A DNA stretch of 45,088 bases, from positions 1-45,088 of the IMG/VR virus record IMGVR_UViG_3300038701_001628. One strand, 5' to 3'. A program made the position numbers and the translations under genes. Shown here piece by piece: positions 8,385 to 16,062 of this stretch. Within the stretch, counting starts at the first letter, position 1, and each line of letters begins with the position of its first letter. This DNA comes from a virus. A model generated the notes under the pieces. It had not been told where the DNA came from. It ran no database searches and saw nothing but the letters and a program-made list of their open reading frames with translations.

Positions 8385-9383
8385 ATGGCGACATTAGGCG
8401 CAACATACGTTGATCTGATCGACGTTTACAAGCAACAAGATGGTAACGGCCAGTTCGTTGAAGTCATCGAGATGCTTAAAGAAATGAACCCCGTTTTGGA
8501 CGACGCGATTGCAATTGAGTGTAACAAAGGTACATCTCATCTGCACACCGTTCGAACCGGACTCCCAGCGGTAACTTGGGGTAAATTGTACCAAGGCATC
8601 CCGCAAGGTAAATCTCGTACTGCACAGGTTGAAGACACCACTGGTTTTGTGGAAGGTCTGAGCACTGTAGACGATCGTTTGCTTTCAATCTCGGGCAACC
8701 CTGGCGCGGTTCGACTTTCAGAAGCTATGTCTTATCTGGAAGCGATGAATCAAGAAGTAGCTGGTAAGTTGTTCTATGGCAACACTGCTTCAGATCCTGA
8801 AGAGTTCATGGGCTTTGCTCCACGATTCAACGATCTGTCAGCATCCAACGGTAACCAAATCATCGACGCCGGTGGTACTGGTTCCGACAACACGTCAATC
8901 TGGTTTGTAACCTGGGGTGATAATCAGTGTTGCTTGCTGTATCCCAAAGGTACCAAAGCCGGTGTTGAGCGTGAAGACATGGGTAAGCAACGTGTTACTG
9001 ACGGAAGCGGTAATGCTTACTACGCGATGGAAGAAAAGTTCACTTGGCATGTTGGTCTTGCTGTTAAAGACTGGCGTTATGTGTCTCGTATTGCGAACAT
9101 TGACGTTTCCGATATGCAGGCTGGCTCAGTGGCTCTTTATAACTTCATGCGTAAAGCTTACTACCAACTTCAAAATCGTCGTGTAGCAGGTGGTCGTCTT
9201 GCGATCTACTGTAACCGTGACGTGCTTGAGTCGTTGGATGCGTTGGCTACTAACGCCGGTGCAAGTGACAACTTTGTTCGATTGAAGCCAATGGAGATTG
9301 AAGGTAAGGAAGTAATGACGTATCGCGGAATTCCAATCCGTGAGACTGATGCAATCCTTAACACTGAAGCTCGCGTAGTCTAA
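8385..9383 (+). CDS. major capsid protein (BPP-1 Bbp17-like)
   Basis: 332 aa. Strong TIR AGGTGATCTAAATG, followed by an intrinsic terminator, and neighboured by a Bbp16-like gene. Confidence 0.8.
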   Translation: MATLGATYVDLIDVYKQQDGNGQFVEVIEMLKEMNPVLDDAIAIECNKGTSHLHTVRTGLPAVTWGKLYQGIPQGKSRTAQVEDTTGFVEGLSTVDDRLLSISGNPGAVRLSEAMSYLEAMNQEVAGKLFYGNTASDPEEFMGFAPRFNDLSASNGNQIIDAGGTGSDNTSIWFVTWGDNQCCLLYPKGTKAGVEREDMGKQRVTDGSGNAYYAMEEKFTWHVGLAVKDWRYVSRIANIDVSDMQAGSVALYNFMRKAYYQLQNRRVAGGRLAIYCNRDVLESLDALATNAGASDNFVRLKPMEIEGKEVMTYRGIPIRETDAILNTEARVV

Positions 9384-9391
9384 GTGATGAT

Positions 9392-9420
9392 GCAGCCTTC
9401 GGGCTGCTCTTGATTTTAAT
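9392..9420 (+). terminator. intrinsic terminator after the capsid gene
   Basis: GCAGCC-TTCG-GGCTGC hairpin (9392-9407) followed by TCTTGATTTTAATTT. Confidence 0.7.
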
Positions 9421-9441
9421 TTAACGAAACAGGTGATCTAA

Positions 9442-9879
9442 ATGATACTTTCAGCACAACAACTGTTTTCGGATGATCAAGCGATCACTGCGACCGCGAT
9501 CTCAGAAAACGTAATCGACCTGGGTGCCGCTGGTACCCCTTATGACGCTGCTGCCGCGTTGAACCAAGACGTGGGTAAAGGTGCTCCGATTCCCATCTTG
9601 ATTCAAGTTACAGAAGACTTTGCAACACTGACAAGTTTGACTATCACAGTCGAAGTGAGTGCTGCTGCAGGCTTGACTTCTCCCGTTGTTTTAGCGGAAG
9701 AAACCATCGCTGTAGCTGACTTAGTCGCAGGTAAGCAGACATTCTGCCAAGTCCTACCAAATGGTGCGGATCTTCGTTACCTTGGTATTCGTTACACCGT
9801 TACTGGTTCGAATGCTACCGCTGGTGCAATTACTGCAGGTGTTTCTGCTGGTAACCAAACCAACGTTACAGGTGCTTAA
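9442..9879 (+). CDS. Bbp16-like capsid cement/decoration protein
   Basis: MILSAQQLFSDDQAITATAISENVIDLGAAG...GKGAPIPILIQV...LRYLGIRYTV matches my memory of the Bordetella phage BPP-1 Bbp16 family. Same 14-nt TIR as the capsid gene. Confidence 0.6.
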   Translation: MILSAQQLFSDDQAITATAISENVIDLGAAGTPYDAAAALNQDVGKGAPIPILIQVTEDFATLTSLTITVEVSAAAGLTSPVVLAEETIAVADLVAGKQTFCQVLPNGADLRYLGIRYTVTGSNATAGAITAGVSAGNQTNVTGA

Positions 9880-9882
9880 TTG

Positions 9883-9910
9883 AAGGGGTCTTCGGACCCT
9901 TTCTTCTAAT
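9883..9910 (+). terminator. intrinsic terminator-like hairpin
   Basis: AAGGGGTC-TTCG-GACCCTTT followed by CTTCT. Second UUCG-tetraloop hairpin. Confidence 0.5.
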
Positions 9911-9928
9911 CTCAAAACGGAGACAATC

Positions 9929-10282
9929 ATGCCAACGTATAAAGTAATTAAACCCGGCTTCCACGGTGGTTATTCTTACGCTCCAGAAGGTAAGCGTAAG
10001 ACACTCACAGTTGACGCCCCGTTTAAGAAATGCCCTTCTTGGTTGGAACCAATCAAAGAAGTGTCACCCGCTAAAACCGAAGACCTCAAAGCCGGTGAGA
10101 TCAAGAAACGACTTGAAGAACTTGGTGTTGAGTTCAAAGGTAACGCTAAGAAAGAAGATCTTCAGGCACTACTTGATGAAGCTGAAGTTGCTGAACAAGA
10201 CGCTCAGAATAAGCGTGACATTGATGCCGCTGTGAATTTCCAAGAGGCACCGAGTCTTTCTGGTCCTGTTCAAACAATATAA
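9929..10282 (+). CDS. HeH/SAP-motif protein
   Basis: KAGEIKKRLEELGVEFKGNAKKEDLQALLDEA is a helix-extension-helix (Rho-N/SAP-like) motif. Confidence 0.55.
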   Translation: MPTYKVIKPGFHGGYSYAPEGKRKTLTVDAPFKKCPSWLEPIKEVSPAKTEDLKAGEIKKRLEELGVEFKGNAKKEDLQALLDEAEVAEQDAQNKRDIDAAVNFQEAPSLSGPVQTI

Positions 10283-10291
10283 CGGTGAACC

Positions 10292-10948
10292 ATGACTTCT
10301 GAAGTTGAGATCTGCAATTTAGCATTGTCGCATATTCGAGCAGGGAGTATTAATTCTCTAACTGAATCAAGTGCCCAGGCACAACAATGCAAGCTTTTAT
10401 ACCCACTACTTCGAGACCAAGTTCTTGAGGATTCAACGTGGCAATTTGCGCACGGGTTAAAGGCTTTAGCAGTTCTCACTTCAGTTGATATCTTCAATTG
10501 GAACTATGCTTATCAGTATCCTTCTGATTGTTTAAAGGTAAATCGATTATTGTTGAATTGGGAAGAGATTCAGAATGATCAAGCCATTTATGCCGCAAGG
10601 CTTCGAGACTTAGGACTCACGTTCCCTGATCTCAAGCAACAAGTAGAATTCAAAGTATTTAATGTTGATGGTAATCGAGTAATCGCAGCGAATGAGTGTG
10701 AATTGCGTATTGATTATATTAAGAAGATTACAGATCCAAATTTATTCTCAACCAAGTTTGTAATGGCATTATCTCACTTACTATCAGCAGAATTGGCAAT
10801 ACCAATCGTCGGAGTCGACAAAGGTAGAGCACTTCGTTCTGATTCATTAAGCGTGTATACTAGCTACATAGAATCAGCAGCCGCTGAGGATCTGAATGAA
10901 CAGTACAGCCATCTACCCGATAGCGAGTACATTCGAATAAGGGGGTAA
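10292..10948 (+). CDS. head-tail adaptor (T7 gp11-position)
   Basis: The N-terminus EVEICNLALSHIRAGSINSLTESSAQAQQCKLLYP...STWQFA is typical of podovirus adaptor/tubular A proteins. Called on gene order. Confidence 0.5.
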   Translation: MTSEVEICNLALSHIRAGSINSLTESSAQAQQCKLLYPLLRDQVLEDSTWQFAHGLKALAVLTSVDIFNWNYAYQYPSDCLKVNRLLLNWEEIQNDQAIYAARLRDLGLTFPDLKQQVEFKVFNVDGNRVIAANECELRIDYIKKITDPNLFSTKFVMALSHLLSAELAIPIVGVDKGRALRSDSLSVYTSYIESAAAEDLNEQYSHLPDSEYIRIRG

Positions 10949-10949
10949 C

Positions 10950-13487
10950 GTGGCACAGACAATTCAACGCAGTTTCACCGGTGGTGAGATTGCACCAAGT
11001 CTAAGATCACGTGCCGACCTGGTGAAATATTCCAGCGGTCTAGCTTTGTGTGAGAACATGTTTGTTAGATCCCAGGGTGGTGTGTATAGTCGACCAGGGA
11101 CCAAGTTCATTGGTGAGATAGGTCAACCCAACAGGCGCGCTAGATTGATTCCCTTCAGTTTCAACACTGAACAAACTTACGTTTTAGTCTTTGAACACCT
11201 TACAATGAGAGTCATCAAAGATGGTGGCTTCGTTCTCAATGGTGCTGGTCCTTCACTTTATGAAATAGCAACCCCTTATACTGAGTCTGAATTATCACGG
11301 CTGAGCTTCACACAAGATGCCGACGTGATGACAATCGTTCATCCGAATTATGATCCACGCGATCTTAGTCGTACAGCCGATGATGAATGGTCGCTTGATG
11401 TTATTGATTTCGATCCACCCATATCACCCCCATCTTTCACTTCTGATAGTGTCGCAAACATAACCGCGATCACACAGGCATCCCAAGCTCAAGTGACTAC
11501 AAGTGGAGCACATGGTCTGAGTAATGATGACGTGGTATTCATCGAATCTGTAGGGGGTATGACGGAGCTTAACGATCGTGGATTCGAGATATTCGTTGAC
11601 TCAACTACTACGTTCATCTTGAAAGGGGAAGACTCGACAGGTCATACTGCGTATACATCCGGTGGTACTGCCACATCCGGTGGACTTGTTGCATACGGTA
11701 GTGGTGCGGGGGATTTTGATAAGACATATAGTTACGTGATAACAGCGGTTAGTGCAGACGGTGAGTCGATAGCGTCGTCTTCTAAGAGTATCACTACTCC
11801 TTCATTGTCAGTTACAGCCGGTGTTAGAATCTCATGGGACGCGGTGAACAACGCTTCTTATTATCGCGTCTACAAAGACCCATCGAATGGTACAGGTATT
11901 TACGGTTGGATTGGTGACTCTGAAACAACTCAGTTTGATGATTACAACATTGCACCAATAACATCAGACGCACCCCCTGAAGATCGCGCACCATTTGAAT
12001 CATCAACTGCATCAATAACAGCAGTGACTAAAGCCAACCCTGCTGTGGTTACTGCTACAACTCACGGGTTCAGTACTGGACAAAATGTCACAATGTCTAG
12101 CGTAGGTGGTATGACTGAGCTGAACGGTAACACTTATGTGATAACTGTCATTGATGCTGATAGCTTCAGTTTAAATAATACAGATTCATCAGCGTACACC
12201 ACGTACACTTCTGGCGGTACTGCCGCTCGCACTAATAATAAACCAGCGACAGTTGCTTACTACCAGCAACGACGTGTATTCGCGAATACAAACGAAGAAC
12301 CCCAAACAGTGTTTACAACCCAGACGGGTGTTTACGACTCGCTCAGATCATCCATACCAGCGCGCGCAGACGATGCCGTAACATTTACAATCAAAGGCCG
12401 ACAGGTCAACGAGATCCGTCACGCAGTCGACGTGGATGGTCTTGTTCTTCTAACTTCAGGTGCCGAATGGCGAGTGACCGAGGGGCAGGACCAAGTACTA
12501 ACCCCTTCAACAGTGGGTGCACGCATTCAGTCTTACTACGGTGCGTCTTGGGTGCCACCACAGATTATTGGTGACACTGTTATATTCGTACAGGAGAAAG
12601 GTTCACGAGTTCGTGATATCAAGTACGAATTTGTTGATGATAAGTATTCTGGTAATGACTTATCAATCATGTCTGAACACTTATTTGAAGGTTACGAAAT
12701 TGAAGAAGTAGCTTTCAGTCAAGAACCGTACAGCATTGTGTGGATGGTTCGTAATGATGGTAAAGTTCTTGCGATGACATATCAGCGTGAACACCAGGTT
12801 TGGGGGTGGCACCAACACGACTTCGGTGGTGTGGTTGAGTCAGTTACTTCAGTTAGCGAGGGTCAACGTGACGCGGTGTATATGGTCGTTAAAAGAACCA
12901 TAAACGGGTCTGATGTTCGATATGTGGAACGAATGGAACAACGATACACTTCGGCACCTGAAGATGTCTGGTGTGTTGACTCGGGTCTTCAATATGACGG
13001 GTCTGCTGCTACAGTTATTTCAGGATTGGATCATTTGGAGGGAGAAGCTGTATCAGTTGTTGCTGATGGTAATGAGGTTAAGAATCTTACTGTTAGCAGT
13101 GGTGCAATAACTCTACCAAGAGCCGCGAGTAAGGTGACAGTAGGGTTGGCATACACACCTGCTGTTGAATTGCTTGATATTGACTTGTCATCTGCTAATG
13201 AAACACTTAAAGGTAAAGAGGTATCAGTGTCTCGTGTTATACTGGAAGTTGAGAAGTCTCGTGGGGGTTGGGTTGGTCCTAAGAAAGACAATGGTAGCAC
13301 TGGTACAATGTTGGAAATTAAGCCAAGATTTGATACTGATAACTATGATTCAATCGCATTGAAGACATTCAAACAAGAACTTTATATTGATCCTCAGTGG
13401 AGTAAGGGTGGCGGTATCCGCATTGAGCAGCGTACACCCTTTCCACTGGCGATCTTATCAGTGATACCAGAAGTCGATGTCAGTTAA
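10950..13487 (+). CDS. tail nozzle / tubular protein B-like (phage stabilisation protein family)
   Basis: GTG start. QRSFTGGEIAPSLRSRADLVKYSSGLALCENMFVRSQGGVYSRPGT motif, 845 aa, gp12 position. Contains an internal duplicated about 70-aa module flanking an Fn3-like segment. Confidence 0.55.
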   Translation: MAQTIQRSFTGGEIAPSLRSRADLVKYSSGLALCENMFVRSQGGVYSRPGTKFIGEIGQPNRRARLIPFSFNTEQTYVLVFEHLTMRVIKDGGFVLNGAGPSLYEIATPYTESELSRLSFTQDADVMTIVHPNYDPRDLSRTADDEWSLDVIDFDPPISPPSFTSDSVANITAITQASQAQVTTSGAHGLSNDDVVFIESVGGMTELNDRGFEIFVDSTTTFILKGEDSTGHTAYTSGGTATSGGLVAYGSGAGDFDKTYSYVITAVSADGESIASSSKSITTPSLSVTAGVRISWDAVNNASYYRVYKDPSNGTGIYGWIGDSETTQFDDYNIAPITSDAPPEDRAPFESSTASITAVTKANPAVVTATTHGFSTGQNVTMSSVGGMTELNGNTYVITVIDADSFSLNNTDSSAYTTYTSGGTAARTNNKPATVAYYQQRRVFANTNEEPQTVFTTQTGVYDSLRSSIPARADDAVTFTIKGRQVNEIRHAVDVDGLVLLTSGAEWRVTEGQDQVLTPSTVGARIQSYYGASWVPPQIIGDTVIFVQEKGSRVRDIKYEFVDDKYSGNDLSIMSEHLFEGYEIEEVAFSQEPYSIVWMVRNDGKVLAMTYQREHQVWGWHQHDFGGVVESVTSVSEGQRDAVYMVVKRTINGSDVRYVERMEQRYTSAPEDVWCVDSGLQYDGSAATVISGLDHLEGEAVSVVADGNEVKNLTVSSGAITLPRAASKVTVGLAYTPAVELLDIDLSSANETLKGKEVSVSRVILEVEKSRGGWVGPKKDNGSTGTMLEIKPRFDTDNYDSIALKTFKQELYIDPQWSKGGGIRIEQRTPFPLAILSVIPEVDVS

Positions 13488-13944
13488 ATTCGAGAAGCCA
13501 ACAGAAGACTCATTGATACACATCGGTGAGTACATGCGAGAAGCTGATCGTATTGAAGTCATGGCTTCTCATGGGATGGTGCCATTAGAAGCTGTGTTCA
13601 ACTCTGTTGACATATCAGATTTATCATCTGTTGCACTGTATAATGGAGTACCTTGTGCTGTGTTTGGCCTGGTGAAACGAGACTTACTGACAGGAACCGG
13701 GGTGCCCTGGTTACTTGGTACCGATGACATAGATTTATGTAAGAAAGATTTTATTATTCACACTCGCGAAGGTGTGAGAGAAATGTTGAATGTGTGTCCA
13801 CGATTAGAGAATCATGTTCACATTGAAAACAGGAAAAGTATACGATGGTTGAAAACAATGGGATTTAAATTTGATGAACCCGAACCTGTAGGAATACATG
13901 GTGAATTGTTTTCACGATTTTATTTGGAGTTGAACAATGTGTAA
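13477..13944 (+). CDS. GNAT-fold / T7 gp13-position virion assembly protein
   Basis: ENHVHIENRKSIRWLKTMGFKF resembles the GNAT N..si.wl...GF motif. Called on gene order. Confidence 0.4.
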   Translation: MSVKFEKPTEDSLIHIGEYMREADRIEVMASHGMVPLEAVFNSVDISDLSSVALYNGVPCAVFGLVKRDLLTGTGVPWLLGTDDIDLCKKDFIIHTREGVREMLNVCPRLENHVHIENRKSIRWLKTMGFKFDEPEPVGIHGELFSRFYLELNNV

Positions 13945-14461
13945 TCCTGCTGTAATTCCTTATGTAATGGCCGCAGTTGCTGCTTATGGTTCATATGAGC
14001 AAGGTAGACAGGCTAAGAAGACTTCTCGCTATAATGCTCGCGTCATGGAGAATGAAGCCATTCGTACTCGCAACAAGGGTACCGACGAAGAAAATCGACA
14101 TCGTGAGAAGGTTCAACAATTAATATCCCAGCAACGGGCAACCCTTGGTGCGAGCGGTGTTGATATTGCGAGTGGTTCACCATTACAGGCACAAACTGAT
14201 GCCGAGTTGCTGGGTGAGGTTGATTCATTGCGCATCCGTCAGAATTATTCAGACTCTGCACGAGCAATTGATGAGAAAGCAAAACTCACCATCGCCGAGG
14301 GTAACAGTGCGTATCGCAAAGGGGTTATCGGCGCAGTGACTGCAATTGGTGGAGCTGTCGCGGGTAATGTATCGAATAGCTGGTACACACCACAAAGCTC
14401 CGCTGTAACAACTACAACAACTGGGGCGCAAGCAAATGCTGCCTTTGGTAATATTGCTTAA
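13937..14461 (+). CDS. internal virion protein (gp14-position)
   Basis: N-terminal hydrophobic segment AVIPYVMAAVAAYG, followed by coiled-coil. Called on gene order. Confidence 0.5.
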   Translation: MCNPAVIPYVMAAVAAYGSYEQGRQAKKTSRYNARVMENEAIRTRNKGTDEENRHREKVQQLISQQRATLGASGVDIASGSPLQAQTDAELLGEVDSLRIRQNYSDSARAIDEKAKLTIAEGNSAYRKGVIGAVTAIGGAVAGNVSNSWYTPQSSAVTTTTTGAQANAAFGNIA

Positions 14462-14469
14462 GGTGATTT

Positions 14470-16062
14470 ATGCCCAAGATACCAACATACGACGGATTAC
14501 AAGTTGATCAGCAAATAGCATCACAACCGTTGGCTCGTGTCGACCCTGATCCAATAAACAGTCGGGCGATCAATCAGCTTGGTAACGAAGTTCTCAAGAT
14601 GCAACAGCGCATTGCTGAGACTGAAGCTGAAGAAGCAATTACCTCGTTTGAGCGAGAGAAGAATAAAATCTTCTTCGATCCAGACAGTGGTTATTTTAAC
14701 GCTCAAGGTCGCGATGCTTACGACCGTGCCCCCGAGGTCAACAAGAACCTTGACGCACTGAAACGCCAGTACTCTGAAAACCTCAAATCAGACACAGCTC
14801 GTCGAGCGTTCGACAGGGTTGCCACTCAACACCTCACCCGTGCAAATCAAGATGTAATGCGTCACGCTAGTAAGAACCTTAAGGCTTGGGAAGCGAGCAC
14901 AATCAATGCTCAAGTTGAGAACACCATTGAGAATGCATCACTGTATTGGAATGATGAAAAGCGACTCGGCGTACAGCGTGAGCTTGGCAGACAGTCTGTT
15001 ATGGAGAGTGCCAATATTGAAGGGTTAAGTCCTGAAGCAACTGCCGAACGCCTACAAACCTATGAGTCTTCATTTGCTGCTGCTGCTGTCACTGCTGCTG
15101 TACAGCAGGGTTCACAGCAAGGTCAGGAGACTTTCGATCGTTACAAGGATCGTCTCGAAGGTCCAGATGTGATCAAGATGCAGTCAGCGATCGAGCGTAA
15201 AGCTAAAGCTGAGAAGACCCAACTTGACTCGAATACTGCAGTTCTCGCAGCCGGTAAGCTGGTGGAACAATATGGTGATGCTGACAATGCGCGGTCATCC
15301 ATCATTGAAGAAGTGAACAAGATCGAAGATCCTGAACTGCGACAAAAAGCAATGAAGGAATCCATGTACCAATTTGAAGCCAAAATGAAGGCTGACTCTG
15401 AAGAACGTGCTGCAACGTTTGAGGCCGGGGAGAACTTCATCGTAGAGGGTGGTTCAGTAGAGCAATTCATTGCTCAGAACCCAGAACAATGGGAGAAGTT
15501 GACTCCGAAACAGAAGCGAGTATTGAACTCAGGTGCTTCTGTAAGTACTGATTATATAAAATTATCAGACTTATTAACCCTGCCGAAAGACAAGTTGGCA
15601 CAGGTTAATCCCACGGATCACTTCGATCACTTGAACAAAGCTGATCGAAGTAAGCTGATCAATGCAGTTAAGTCTGCTCGCCAAGGTGGTGTCGATCACC
15701 AAGTTGGTAGAACTCGAACTGCCGAGACATCTTCAGCGGTTGAACAGTTATTTGGTAAAAAGACCAAATGGGACAAGAAGGAGAAGGCGCAAGTCAATGA
15801 GTTCTATGCTATAGTAGACGATGAGGTACAGTTCCGCGAGAAGCAGAAGGGGTCACCCTTGACTTCCCAGGAATATACTGAAATGTTAAACAGCATGACT
15901 CGCAAGGTTGTCAAAGACCGGACATTCTGGTTTGACAAAGAGCAAGACATCACTGATATCCCCGCCGAAGATCTGGGTGTGATCAGTGATTACCTGCATC
16001 AAAATAGCATACCTGCGACTGCTGAGAATATCCTAAAAGCATACGAACAGGCTTCTCAATGA
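14470..16062 (+). CDS. internal virion/core protein (gp15-position)
   Basis: 530-aa helical protein with a 4-nt overlap with the giant downstream gene. Confidence 0.5.
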   Translation: MPKIPTYDGLQVDQQIASQPLARVDPDPINSRAINQLGNEVLKMQQRIAETEAEEAITSFEREKNKIFFDPDSGYFNAQGRDAYDRAPEVNKNLDALKRQYSENLKSDTARRAFDRVATQHLTRANQDVMRHASKNLKAWEASTINAQVENTIENASLYWNDEKRLGVQRELGRQSVMESANIEGLSPEATAERLQTYESSFAAAAVTAAVQQGSQQGQETFDRYKDRLEGPDVIKMQSAIERKAKAEKTQLDSNTAVLAAGKLVEQYGDADNARSSIIEEVNKIEDPELRQKAMKESMYQFEAKMKADSEERAATFEAGENFIVEGGSVEQFIAQNPEQWEKLTPKQKRVLNSGASVSTDYIKLSDLLTLPKDKLAQVNPTDHFDHLNKADRSKLINAVKSARQGGVDHQVGRTRTAETSSAVEQLFGKKTKWDKKEKAQVNEFYAIVDDEVQFREKQKGSPLTSQEYTEMLNSMTRKVVKDRTFWFDKEQDITDIPAEDLGVISDYLHQNSIPATAENILKAYEQASQ

